Shown piece by piece: positions 8,328 through 19,453 of a DNA stretch of 64,000 bases (the first letter of the stretch is position 1; every line of letters starts with the position of its first letter). The position numbers were made by a program, and so were the translations under genes. Below the pieces are notes generated by a model. That model was given only the letters and a program-made list of their open reading frames with translations. It was not told where the DNA came from and did no database searches. The stretch is from assembly GCA_036676475.1 (NCBI GenBank), contig JAKFCU010000028.1, positions 5,867 to 69,866 on the forward strand, read 5' to 3'. This DNA comes from Brevibacillus sp. GTDB lineage: Bacteria > Bacillota > Bacilli > Aneurinibacillales > RAOX-1.

Positions 8328-8369
8328 GTGGGTGATATTTTGGAGTACAAAAGTGACGAAGACACTTAA
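8328..8369 (+). pseudogene. C-terminal remnant of the YozG-type HTH regulator that normally follows DUF2975 genes
   Basis: GTG GGT GAT ATT TTG GAG TAC AAA AGT GAC GAA GAC ACT TAA translates to VGDILEYKSDEDT*. This matches the conserved ...PGDILEY... C-terminus of that family. The HTH-coding part is absent. Confidence 0.5.
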
Positions 8370-8504
8370 TAAAAACAGACAACAACTTTCTTCAACCAAC
8401 GGGATTAGATAGTGAAATTAAGATGAAGGGATAGCGATTCGCTATCCCTTCTCTGCGTTTATTATTGTCATTTACTTAGAGAATTGCATTGATATTAGTG
8501 ACAA

Positions 8505-8578
8505 AAAATGTGATGTGATTTTCAATGTTTGCACCTCAAAAGGGAACCCGTTAGTAAAAATTAACATCTCTTTTTTTA
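8505..8578 (-). repeat. Right arm of the inverted repeat bracketing the cassette
   Basis: The reverse complement reads GAGATGTT...TAACGGGTTCCCTTTTGAGGTGCAAA...CACATTTTT, which aligns with 6652-6724. Confidence 0.8.
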
Positions 8579-8763
8579 CTAAACTGCCCATTAGCTCAGT
8601 AAGATTTAAAAAAAGCTCCATCGTTGTACATATATACTATACACAACGAAAGAGCCCAAATTTTTCGGTAATTTATTATGTCTTAGTCTTGATTTCCTTT
8701 ATTGAACTATCTATCCTCTAATAATTATAGTCTATTTAATAAAAACCAAGATATCCTTGTGAT

Positions 8764-10098
8764 TTAAGATAGGACGACAGGATCATATTCTCTAACAAAT
8801 GTACCGCGACAAAATTCAATTCCTGGTTGCTCTACACGTACACGGCATATCTTTCCAATCATATCTGGAGAGCCTTGGAAGAAAACCTTCAAATAATTAT
8901 CAGAATAACCATAGATGAGCCCTTCTTCATTTGATTCCGCATAAATGCTTTCAGGGATAATATCGAGCACCTCTCCTACGAATTTTTTCGAGTACTCCAG
9001 TGAGGATTGATTAGACAATTCAATCAAGCGATGAACACGATCATTTTTCACTTCTTCTGGTACCTGGGCATCAAATTTGGCGGCAGGTGTCCCCGTTCTC
9101 TTCGAATAAGGGAATACATGCATTTCCGCAAATTGAATGTCATGAATAAATTGAAACCCATTTTCAAAAAGTGCATCCGTTTCTCCCGGGAACCCGACAA
9201 TCACATCCGTAGTAATGGCAATGCCTGGCATCGCTTCACGAATTTGTTCTATCTTTCTGCGGTATTCTTCGGTGGTATATTTCCGTCTCATTCGGCGCAA
9301 TACTTGATCATCGCCCGCTTGAAGCGGAATATGGAGATGACGGCACATTTTCTCCGAAGTATTCAAAACTTCCAACACATCATCGGTAATTTGACTCGCT
9401 TCAATGGAGCTGATTCGCACTCGCTGCAAACCTTCCACCTGATCCAAGTCCCTAAGAAGCTTGGCTAAGTTATACTCCTCCAAATCCTCTCCATATCCTC
9501 CGGTATGAATTCCAGTCAATACAATCTCTTTATATCCGGCGGCGACTAGCTTCTGGGCTTGCTCTATGACATTTTCCGGTTCCCGGCTTCTCATGAGTCC
9601 CCGAGCCCAAGGGATAATGCAAAATGTACAAAAGTTATTACAGCCTTCCTGGATTTTCAGAGAGGCTCTCGTCCGGTCACTGAAATCGGGAACTTCCAAT
9701 TCCTCAAACGTCCTGGTTTTCATGATATTCTTAACGGCATTAATGGGCTGGCGGTCCTGGCGGTAATGATCAATCAAATCTAACAATTGTTCTCTTCCCT
9801 GTGTGCCAAGAACGATATCCACCCCGGGAATATTGGCTACCTCAGCGGGAGCTGTTTGAGCATAACAGCCCGTCACAACCACAATCCCTTCGGGATTTCG
9901 CCTTACTGCTCTGCGAATCACTTGCCGACTCTTTTTGTCTCCTGTATTCGTTACGGTACAAGTGTTAATGACATAAACATCAGAAGTTCCTTCAAAAGAA
10001 ACTTGCTCATATCCAGCCTTTTTGAAAATTTGCCAAATGGCCTCGGTCTCATAATGATTGACCTTGCACCCTAATGTATGAAAGGCAACAGTAGGCAT
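8764..10098 (-). CDS. mtaB: tRNA (N6-threonylcarbamoyladenosine37-C2)-methylthiotransferase
   Basis: 444 aa with UPF0004 N-terminal domain (FHTLGCKVN), radical-SAM CNNFCTFC and a TRAM C-terminus. Synteny with rsmE-prmA-dnaJ. Confidence 0.9.
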   Translation of the reverse strand: MPTVAFHTLGCKVNHYETEAIWQIFKKAGYEQVSFEGTSDVYVINTCTVTNTGDKKSRQVIRRAVRRNPEGIVVVTGCYAQTAPAEVANIPGVDIVLGTQGREQLLDLIDHYRQDRQPINAVKNIMKTRTFEELEVPDFSDRTRASLKIQEGCNNFCTFCIIPWARGLMRSREPENVIEQAQKLVAAGYKEIVLTGIHTGGYGEDLEEYNLAKLLRDLDQVEGLQRVRISSIEASQITDDVLEVLNTSEKMCRHLHIPLQAGDDQVLRRMRRKYTTEEYRRKIEQIREAMPGIAITTDVIVGFPGETDALFENGFQFIHDIQFAEMHVFPYSKRTGTPAAKFDAQVPEEVKNDRVHRLIELSNQSSLEYSKKFVGEVLDIIPESIYAESNEEGLIYGYSDNYLKVFFQGSPDMIGKICRVRVEQPGIEFCRGTFVREYDPVVLS

Positions 10099-10117
10099 CT
10101 CATGCCCTCCTTCCTTT

Positions 10118-10169
10118 TAAGAATGCTACTGAACGTAGCTTATGCGTATAACACTTGACTGATAAGTAT
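10118..10169 (+). repeat. ~52-nt two-hairpin intergenic repeat (copy 4)
   Basis: TAAGAATGCTACTGAACGTAGCTTATGCGTATAACACTTGACTGATAAGTAT, lying between the rsmE stop and the mtaB start. Confidence 0.85.
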
Positions 10170-10181
10170 ATAAAAATCGTC

Positions 10182-10943
10182 CTAGGTCGAGCCTTCTTCG
10201 AGCTGTTCGTAGTAGTAAGATAAGGCGGCTAAACCATACAATCCAGCGGTTTCCGTACGCAAAATCCGCTTCCCTAGCATAATGGGATGGAAGTTGTGCA
10301 GGGTGGCTTCTTCAATTTCCTGTTCGGAGAATCCACCCTCCGGTCCGATAGCAATCAAGATCCGCTTGATCCCATTAGGGAATTCCCTTAATTTCGCATG
10401 TATAGTTGACGTCTTTTCATTTTCGTAAGCAATCAAAGCTAGGTCGTAATCCTTACTTCTATTCATTAATTGTTTCCACGAATGAACAGCTGAGATTTCA
10501 GGAAGGATGGATCGATGGGATTGCTCTGCGGCTTCCTTCGCAATCTTGCTCCAGCGCTCAATACGCTTTTGCTCCTTTTTGCTATCCAGTTGCACAATGG
10601 TTCTAGATGAAATGAAAGGAACAAACACATGAGCACCCAGCTCCGTTCCTTTTTGGATTACTAGCTCCATTTTATCCCCTTTTGGAAGTCCTTGGGCAAT
10701 GGTGACTTGCAGAGGGAGCTCCCGGTCTTCCTTCAATTCATGGATGATCCGGCAGCCTACCTGGTCTTTCTCCATTTGCATGATTTCAGTTAAAAAGCAT
10801 TGAGCTTGAGAATCACAACAAATGAGTTGATCTCCAATAGACGATCTCATTACCTTCGTGATATGACCCACATCATCACCTGTTATGGTGATTCTAGATT
10901 GCTCCCGCTCTACAGCATTTGGCAATACAAAATATCGTTGCAT
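10182..10943 (-). CDS. rsmE: 16S rRNA (uracil1498-N3)-methyltransferase
   Basis: 253 aa, RsmE family (MQRYF..., GPEGGFSEQE). Confidence 0.9.
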   Translation of the reverse strand: MQRYFVLPNAVEREQSRITITGDDVGHITKVMRSSIGDQLICCDSQAQCFLTEIMQMEKDQVGCRIIHELKEDRELPLQVTIAQGLPKGDKMELVIQKGTELGAHVFVPFISSRTIVQLDSKKEQKRIERWSKIAKEAAEQSHRSILPEISAVHSWKQLMNRSKDYDLALIAYENEKTSTIHAKLREFPNGIKRILIAIGPEGGFSEQEIEEATLHNFHPIMLGKRILRTETAGLYGLAALSYYYEQLEEGST

Positions 10944-10951
10944 GTATGCAC

Positions 10952-11887
10952 CTACTTTTTAGCGACAATCGATACCCAATCTTCTAAAGACTGAGTTTCT
11001 ACTATCTTAAATCCAACCTGAATAAGTGCTTCTTTCACTTCCTCTTCCTTTTGGGAAATAATACCTGAGGTAATGAACAGCCCTCCATCAGGCAGCAAGG
11101 CATAGGCATCATCCACAAATCGGACAATGATCTCTGCCAGGATGTTTGAAACGATCAGGTTGGCCGGTCCGGAGATCCCTTCTAACAAATTGTTCTGCCT
11201 AATGGTTAGTTTATCCGATATTCCGTTAAGATCTGAATTCATCTTTGTGGATGTAACTGCAATATCATCCAAATCAAGGGCTAAGACAGAGCCGGCACCT
11301 AGCAGGATAGAAGCAATGCTTAATACCCCTGATCCACAACCTACATCAATCACCTGATCATCCTGTTGGATATATTTTTCAAGCGCTCTGACACATAAAG
11401 CGGTGGTAGGATGAGTACCCGTTCCAAATGCCATCCCCGGATCTAATTCAAGTATCATCTCGTTGTCGCTTTTTGGCGTATACTCTTCCCAAGTCGGTTT
11501 AATTGTAATCCGTTCAGTGATATGAACGGGTTTATAATATTGCTTCCATGCGGTAGCCCAATCTTCTTCCCGAACCTCAGAAAAGGTAATTTCTCCTTTT
11601 CCGACAGGAATTCCAAAGAGATGAAGATTGTTGACCGCTTGTTTAATTTCTTCAATGATTGTTCCTAAATCCAAATTCTCTTGAAGGTAAGCCTTAACGA
11701 TGACTCCCTCCTTGGGATAATCTTCTGGGGAAAGTTCATAGATCTCACCATAGCTCACATCCCAATCACGCAGGAGAATTTCCGGATCTTCAATAACAAC
11801 GCCGCTTGCGCCAGCTTCATGCAAAATATTAGAGACGGCTTCTACCGCTTCCTGTGTTGTATGAACACTAATTTCTGACCACTTCAT
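10952..11887 (-). CDS. prmA: Ribosomal protein L11 methyltransferase
   Basis: Starts MKWSEISVHT at the fourth codon of the track ORF. SAM motif DVGCGSGVLSIA. Confidence 0.9.
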   Translation of the reverse strand: MKWSEISVHTTQEAVEAVSNILHEAGASGVVIEDPEILLRDWDVSYGEIYELSPEDYPKEGVIVKAYLQENLDLGTIIEEIKQAVNNLHLFGIPVGKGEITFSEVREEDWATAWKQYYKPVHITERITIKPTWEEYTPKSDNEMILELDPGMAFGTGTHPTTALCVRALEKYIQQDDQVIDVGCGSGVLSIASILLGAGSVLALDLDDIAVTSTKMNSDLNGISDKLTIRQNNLLEGISGPANLIVSNILAEIIVRFVDDAYALLPDGGLFITSGIISQKEEEVKEALIQVGFKIVETQSLEDWVSIVAKK

Positions 11888-11959
11888 CCCTACCACCCTT
11901 TACTCTTTAGAGCTACCAGCTGTATATCTTCCAGCTGTTTACGTCACCCTTGTTATTCC

Positions 11960-13075
11960 CTATTCACCGCGGAAAGCACGCTTCATTTTATCAAAGAACG
12001 AAGATTCCTCTTCTGATGGCTTCAATCCGCCCATTTGGCTGAATTCCCTAAGGAGTTCCTTCTGATGATCGGTCAAATTCGTTGGGGTAACCACAACAAC
12101 CCGAACATGCTGATCTCCCTGCCCGGACCTGCGCAAATGCGGAACCCCTTTTCCTCTCAGACGGAAATAAGTATCGGTTTGCGTTCCTGCAGGAATTTTC
12201 AACTTTACCTTTCCGTCCAGTGTAGGAACTTCAATTTCATCTCCCAATGCAGCTTGCGAAAAGTTAATCGGCACTTTACAGTAAATATCATTTCCATCTC
12301 GCTCAAAGAAATCGTGCTTTTTCACACGCATAACGACGTATAAATCTCCTGGAGGTCCCCCATTTACACCAGGTTCTCCTTCGCCGGGAACCCGCAACTG
12401 GGCTCCTTCATCTACTCCCGCCGGAATATTCAAATGAATTTTCCGGCGTTTTTTTACCTTTCCGACCCCACGGCACTCAGAACATTTTACCTTAATCAAA
12501 GTCCCTTTTCCACCACAAGCTGAACAAGATCTGCGATTCACCACACGTCCAAAAGGGGTGTTGGCTACTTGCTCCTGCTGCCCCGTACCCCGGCATGTTC
12601 CACAGGTTTCGGTTTTGCTGCCAGGCTCTGCACCAGAACCATGACATTTATCGCAATCCAGGTCTTTAGGAATTTCAATATCAAGCTCTTTTCCAAAAAC
12701 AGCTTCTTTAAATTCCATACTTAGTGTGTATTGAAGATCCGATCCTTGACGAGGAGCATTCGGATTCCTTCTGCCCCCGCCGCCAAAAAACATGTCAAAT
12801 ATATCTCCAAATCCGCCTCCAAAGTCCTGACCGCCAAATCCGCCGGCATTCGGATCGGTTCCTGCATGGCCATACTGGTCATACATCGGTCGCTTTTGGG
12901 GATCGCTTAGAATATCATAGGCTTCCTTAACTTCCTTAAATTTTTCTTCCGCATCCTTTGCTTTATTCACATCTGGATGATATTGCCGTGCCAGCTTACG
13001 ATACGCCTTTTTAATCTCTTCCTCCGATGCCCCTTTAGATAAACCGAGAACTTCATAATAGTCTCGTTTACTCAT
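11960..13075 (-). CDS. dnaJ: Molecular chaperone DnaJ
   Basis: J domain with HPD, a G/F-rich region and four CxxCxGxG zinc motifs. Confidence 0.95.
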   Translation of the reverse strand: MSKRDYYEVLGLSKGASEEEIKKAYRKLARQYHPDVNKAKDAEEKFKEVKEAYDILSDPQKRPMYDQYGHAGTDPNAGGFGGQDFGGGFGDIFDMFFGGGGRRNPNAPRQGSDLQYTLSMEFKEAVFGKELDIEIPKDLDCDKCHGSGAEPGSKTETCGTCRGTGQQEQVANTPFGRVVNRRSCSACGGKGTLIKVKCSECRGVGKVKKRRKIHLNIPAGVDEGAQLRVPGEGEPGVNGGPPGDLYVVMRVKKHDFFERDGNDIYCKVPINFSQAALGDEIEVPTLDGKVKLKIPAGTQTDTYFRLRGKGVPHLRRSGQGDQHVRVVVVTPTNLTDHQKELLREFSQMGGLKPSEEESSFFDKMKRAFRGE

Positions 13076-13121
13076 CGTCTCACACTCCCAAACCCATCAA
13101 ATTTCATTCCATTATAACAGG

Positions 13122-13155
13122 AAAAAAGTCAAAGCCAAGTATGGCCCTTGACTTT
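13122..13155 (-). terminator. Partial terminator / attenuating hairpin between dnaK and dnaJ
   Basis: On the minus strand, AAGTCAAGGGCC...GGCTTTGACTT is followed by TTTTTT. The stem is imperfect. Confidence 0.4.
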
Positions 13156-13174
13156 GACTTCCTACGGTCTTTGG

Positions 13175-15022
<1,848 letters not shown>

Positions 15023-15050
15023 TCATAGTTTAATTGTTCTATTCTTTTCC

Positions 15051-15608
15051 TTAAGAGCTTACTTTTACCATGGAAGGACGAATTACACGGTCCTTCAGCA
15101 CATACCCTTTTTGCAGCTCTTGAATGACGACCCCGGATTCATGATCAGCACTTTCTTCTTGCATAACTGCTTGGTGGTACTGCGGATCAAATGGCTGGCC
15201 TTCTGCTCCAATCTCTTGCAAACCTTCCTGTTCCAAAATCTGCTTCATTTGGCGGAATACCATATCCACCCCTTTCAGCAAGGACTCGGCCTGGTCTGAA
15301 CCTTGACCCGCCGCAAGTGCCCGTTCGAGATTATCAACAGCTGGCAACAACGACTCAATTAAAGGCTGTGATGCATACTTCAATAAATCTTCTTTTTCTT
15401 TTCTCGTTCTTTTGCGGAAATTATCAAAATCCGCCTGAACTCTTAAATAGCGATTATAATTCTCTTCCACTTCTAGTTTTAGCAAAGCGAGGGGATCAAG
15501 CTGTTCACCTTCATCTGCCAGTGCAGACTGATGGGATTCCTCCTGGTCAGCCGCATTCGCTTCAACTTCCAAATTTTCTTGCTCAACCTGATTTTTTTCA
15601 TCAGCCAT
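15051..15608 (-). CDS. grpE: Nucleotide exchange factor GrpE
   Basis: GrpE family. ATG at 15608 has RBS AGGAG 9 nt upstream. Confidence 0.9.
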   Translation of the reverse strand: MADEKNQVEQENLEVEANAADQEESHQSALADEGEQLDPLALLKLEVEENYNRYLRVQADFDNFRKRTRKEKEDLLKYASQPLIESLLPAVDNLERALAAGQGSDQAESLLKGVDMVFRQMKQILEQEGLQEIGAEGQPFDPQYHQAVMQEESADHESGVVIQELQKGYVLKDRVIRPSMVKVSS

Positions 15609-15620
15609 GACTCTCAACTC

Positions 15621-17168
15621 CTATTCCTGATCATCGGCAAGGGATTTCATCCGAATCACAGTATGAATTCTTAATATACTTTCAGCTACCTCTGCAGCAG
15701 CCTGAAGTGCATATTTCTTGACTAGGGTAGGATCAAAGATACCGATCTCCCCCAAATCTTTCACTTTTCCATCGGTAAAATCCAATCCAATGGACGTCGA
15801 GGCAGAACGGAGCTGAGCCGATCTTATGGCCTCCAATTTCTCCAATGTATTGAATCCTGCATTGATGATCATTTGGGCAAGAGGCCTTTGCAAAGCGGCA
15901 ATAACGGCTTCAACCCCATAGCCTTCAAGTCCCTGGATGCCGGTTCTCCAAGCTTCCAAATCTCTGACTACGGCCATCTCTGCGCTTCCGCCTCCAGAGA
16001 CAATTCCGCCTTTAATGGCCGCTTGAACAGAAGCGGCTGCATCTCTGGCAATTCTTCCGCGTTCACCGACCACTTCGGATGTCGAAGCTCCTACCAGAAT
16101 GGTAGCTGTCGGCTTTCCGCTTCCGTTTTCAATTCTCACCCGTCCCGTACGTTCATCCGCTCGAAAGCGTTCCGCTTTACCTAGCAAGACGAGAAGATCT
16201 TCTTCCGTTTTATGCAACCCTGTACGCTTGATGGGTTTTGCCCCTGTATGCTCCGCTAATCTTATGATCTCTTGCTTCGATGTTCTATGTAGTACCGTTA
16301 TTCCATGATCAGAACAAAATTCTTCAGCATAGGGATCACAGGTTCTCTGGCATACAATCAAATGGATGCCCAGATTAGCTATCCTCTGAAGATTATATTT
16401 AAACGTTTCCTTGTAATCAAGAAAACGTTGGAATCCGATTTCTGTTCCAAGCGCTTCATCATCGATCTCTTCAGGGGCCAGAGCATCTTCCATTATCAAA
16501 ATCATCGGTTGGTCGATTTCCATAGGCATTTGTTTGGAAATAGGCAACTTACTCAGCAAAACACCGGAAAGCACTTCGCTTTCTTCCCCTTCGTAAGGAT
16601 GAACAAGGTCAGATAATGTCCTTTGCTCATCAAGCAGCGAATCCAAGCCAACTGCTCTTGCTCCTTGCATAACTAAGTCACAAATATCCGCATTTTCCCT
16701 GGCTGCAATCAATGCCACTCTTTGCAGATGAGGATCATCCAAATGAGAGATGGGAGTGGACAATTGTGCAAATCGATCCAGTGCAAATGCCACTCCTTTA
16801 CTCATTCCGGTTATGACTTGAACCACAGGGACACCCCTTTGGACCTGGGCGGCACCCTCTTGTACCAAGGCACTTCCAAATATGGTAGCCGTGGTGGTTC
16901 CATCCCCGACCTTTTCCTGTTGGGCCATAGCAATTTTGATTAGCATTCGGGCCGCTGGATGCTTGACTTCCATTTTTTCCAGGATGGTAACCCCATCATT
17001 GGTGATCATGACCTCGCCTAAATCATCTACTAGCATCGTATCCAGACCTTTTGGCCCCAAAGTCCCTTCCACAGCAGAGGAAACGGCACGAACGGCATTT
17101 ACGTTATGGAGCAAAGTCATTAGCCGTTCATCACCTGTTTTATGCCCATTTTCATTCGTTCGGCTCAT
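15621..17168 (-). CDS. Thermosome/CCT-like chaperonin (group II-like, 'group III' bacterial type)
   Basis: 515 aa from ATG 17168, 1 nt after the hrcA stop. Motifs are LGPKGLDTMLV, ITNDGVTILEKMEVKHPAARML, VGDGTTTATIF and VSGGGSAEMA, which are thermosome/TCP-1 signatures rather than GroEL. There is no GGM tail. Confidence 0.85.
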   Translation of the reverse strand: MSRTNENGHKTGDERLMTLLHNVNAVRAVSSAVEGTLGPKGLDTMLVDDLGEVMITNDGVTILEKMEVKHPAARMLIKIAMAQQEKVGDGTTTATIFGSALVQEGAAQVQRGVPVVQVITGMSKGVAFALDRFAQLSTPISHLDDPHLQRVALIAARENADICDLVMQGARAVGLDSLLDEQRTLSDLVHPYEGEESEVLSGVLLSKLPISKQMPMEIDQPMILIMEDALAPEEIDDEALGTEIGFQRFLDYKETFKYNLQRIANLGIHLIVCQRTCDPYAEEFCSDHGITVLHRTSKQEIIRLAEHTGAKPIKRTGLHKTEEDLLVLLGKAERFRADERTGRVRIENGSGKPTATILVGASTSEVVGERGRIARDAAASVQAAIKGGIVSGGGSAEMAVVRDLEAWRTGIQGLEGYGVEAVIAALQRPLAQMIINAGFNTLEKLEAIRSAQLRSASTSIGLDFTDGKVKDLGEIGIFDPTLVKKYALQAAAEVAESILRIHTVIRMKSLADDQE

Positions 17169-17169
17169 A

Positions 17170-18210
17170 TTAACCTTCACCCTTATAAAAGCGGTCCAAT
17201 AGCATCGAAAGATCTTTGGACAGAAAATCGACAATACTAATCACTTTTCCATATTCCATCCTGGTCGGGCCCAGTATGCCTATTGTTCCAACCGGCTTGC
17301 CATCCACATGGAAAGTGGCACTGATGATACTGCAATGACTGATTGCATCTTCTCTATTTTCTGTGCCGATTTTCACTTGAAGTCCATTCGAAGGATGAAA
17401 ATGTTTCGTCAATAGTTCATTCTTTTCCAAAAAATCCAGAATCTCCTTCACCTTTTCCACGTCACGAAATTCGGGCTGCATCATGATGTTTGTCGTTCCT
17501 TTGAGGAAGACCTTTTCTTCAGGTTCTGAGATGAATGTATTCTCCAGTAATTCAATAGCCATTTCATAGTTTTCAAGCAATCGTTGCAGTTCTTCCATTA
17601 ATTCTTTTTGAATGTGCATGCGCAATTCATGTAAGGGCAAACCCGCTAGCTTATAATTCAAAAAGTTAACGAGTTTCTCAATTTCATGAATCGATACACC
17701 TTCCGGAACATGAATCGTTTTATTCTGAACTTTCCCCGTTTGGGTAACGATAATGGCGACTGCCGTCGTGGCATTTAAAGGAATGATCTGTATATGTTTC
17801 AGCTTCGCATCCTTCACTTCATGTCCTAGCACAATCGATGTATAGTTCGTTAAACCTGAAAGAATCGCGGCGGTTTGCTGCGTAATTTGTTCAAAAGCAT
17901 AGTATTTATCAGCGAATAGCTGCCTCATTGATTGAACATCGGAGTGGTCAAGTTGAATAGGCTTCAGCAGGTGATCAACATAATAGCGATATCCCTTCTG
18001 CGACGGAATGCGACCGGCTGAAGTATGAGGCTGCTCTAAGAAGCCCAATTCCTCTAGATCGGCCATTTCATTTCGTATAGTAGCAGAGCTAAAGCTGACG
18101 TCTTCCCTTTTTGAAATTGTTCGTGAACCTACAGGCTCCGCATGACGAATGTAATTATCGACAATGGCATTCAAGATTTGGATTTGACGCGTTGATAACA
18201 ACTTTTTCAC
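17170..18210 (-). CDS. hrcA: Heat-inducible transcription repressor HrcA
   Basis: HrcA N-terminal wHTH (PVGSRTISK...SSATIRNEMADLEELGF). The true start may be the TTG at 18201, given SD GGGGTGA. Confidence 0.93.
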   Translation of the reverse strand: MKKLLSTRQIQILNAIVDNYIRHAEPVGSRTISKREDVSFSSATIRNEMADLEELGFLEQPHTSAGRIPSQKGYRYYVDHLLKPIQLDHSDVQSMRQLFADKYYAFEQITQQTAAILSGLTNYTSIVLGHEVKDAKLKHIQIIPLNATTAVAIIVTQTGKVQNKTIHVPEGVSIHEIEKLVNFLNYKLAGLPLHELRMHIQKELMEELQRLLENYEMAIELLENTFISEPEEKVFLKGTTNIMMQPEFRDVEKVKEILDFLEKNELLTKHFHPSNGLQVKIGTENREDAISHCSIISATFHVDGKPVGTIGILGPTRMEYGKVISIVDFLSKDLSMLLDRFYKGEG

Positions 18211-18216
18211 CCCTTG

Positions 18217-18243
18217 TTAGCACTCCTTATTAACGAGTGCTAA
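18217..18243. promoter_or_regulatory. CIRCE operator (HrcA binding site)
   Basis: TTAGCACTC-N9-GAGTGCTAA, a perfect consensus, immediately upstream of hrcA. TTGACA on the minus strand at 18281-18286. Confidence 0.92.
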
Positions 18244-18286
18244 AACCTTCACATTAAAAATACCAAAATGTACAGTCCCTTGTCAA

Positions 18287-19444
18287 CTATCCCAAAAACC
18301 GTACAAATACTTCATTTCCTAGCGGAATCCCCTTTTCCGTCAAGCGAATCCGGTCTCCTTCTTCCACTAGCAAACCAAGTTGGGATAGGTCCTGCAAGGG
18401 AGACTGAAAGCGTTCAACTAGAGATTCCTGATAACGGTCAAAGAACTCTTGCTTAGATATGCCTTCCATAAGTCGAAGGCCCATAATCATAAACTCTTCC
18501 ATGGCATCTTGCTTGCTTACAGGAAATTCCTCAACCCGGGGCAATCTCTTTTCCGTTACGAGCTGAATATACTGTTGGACCGGGCCCGCGTTCACATGTC
18601 GCTTTCTTTCCACATATCCATGCGCTCCGGCCCCTACCCCATAATAGTCATCATTTTTCCAATAAGTTCTATTATGCCCGCTTTGAAATCCCGGTTTTGA
18701 AAAATTGCTAATTTCATATTGAGAATAGCCGTGTTTGTGCATTTCATTTCTGACCAACTCATACATAGCCACCTCTTCATCTTCCGGAGGCAGAACCAAC
18801 TGATTTTTTTCGTAAAGGACATGAAACAAGGTGTTTTCCTCTACTTTCAGGCTATAAGCGGAAAAGTGCTGCAGATCGAAGGAAAAAGCCGTATCTAACG
18901 TATCTTGAAAGAGATGCATCGTTTGTCCAGGAAGTCCAAAAATCAAATCAATCGAGATATTATCAAAACCCGCTTTTCTTGCATCCTCAATACTCTTGTA
19001 AACCTGCTTTGTATCATGGATGCGCCCCATTCGCTTCAATAACTCATCATCAAAAGCTTGCACGCCGTAGCTGAGGCGATTGACTCCCCCTTGCTTCATC
19101 AAGATTAGTTTATCCAAGTCCGTTGTACCTGGATTCGCCTCCATGGTAAATTCCAGTTCTTTCGATTGATGTGGAAAAGCCTGCTGGACTGATCTCAAAA
19201 AATACTCCATTTGATCTCCACTGAGAAAAGTGGGGGTCCCACCCCCAACAAAAATGGTTTGGATGAATTCAGGAGGCGCAAGTCGCACGGTTTCCTTCAT
19301 TTCTTTCTCTAAAGCATAAAGATAGTCCCAAACCAATTGCTGATTTTGGGTGACATAAGAGTTAAAATCGCAGTAATAACATTTGTTTGTACAAAAGGGA
19401 ATGTGGATATACACGGACTGAGGCAACGCGTCATCCTCCTTCAT
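18287..19444 (-). CDS. hemW: Radical SAM heme chaperone HemW (HemN-like, oxygen-independent coproporphyrinogen oxidase family)
   Basis: IHIPFCTNKCYYCDF radical-SAM motif plus a HemN_C domain. The likely real start is TTG at 19426, 8 nt after AAGGAGG. Confidence 0.88.
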   Translation of the reverse strand: MKEDDALPQSVYIHIPFCTNKCYYCDFNSYVTQNQQLVWDYLYALEKEMKETVRLAPPEFIQTIFVGGGTPTFLSGDQMEYFLRSVQQAFPHQSKELEFTMEANPGTTDLDKLILMKQGGVNRLSYGVQAFDDELLKRMGRIHDTKQVYKSIEDARKAGFDNISIDLIFGLPGQTMHLFQDTLDTAFSFDLQHFSAYSLKVEENTLFHVLYEKNQLVLPPEDEEVAMYELVRNEMHKHGYSQYEISNFSKPGFQSGHNRTYWKNDDYYGVGAGAHGYVERKRHVNAGPVQQYIQLVTEKRLPRVEEFPVSKQDAMEEFMIMGLRLMEGISKQEFFDRYQESLVERFQSPLQDLSQLGLLVEEGDRIRLTEKGIPLGNEVFVRFLG

Positions 19445-19453
19445 TGGTCAGGA

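Noticed and set aside
8515-8721. 68-aa plus-strand ORF in the right flank of the island.
   Set aside because: It is AT-rich, has no RBS, and starts inside the right inverted-repeat arm. It is most likely non-coding.
17169-17234. N-terminal extension of the chaperonin ORF (MSIFCPKIFRCYWTAFIRVKVN...).
   Set aside because: It overlaps the 3' end of hrcA in another frame. The ATG at 17168, with a purine-rich SD-like sequence directly after the hrcA stop, gives the conserved chaperonin N-terminus.
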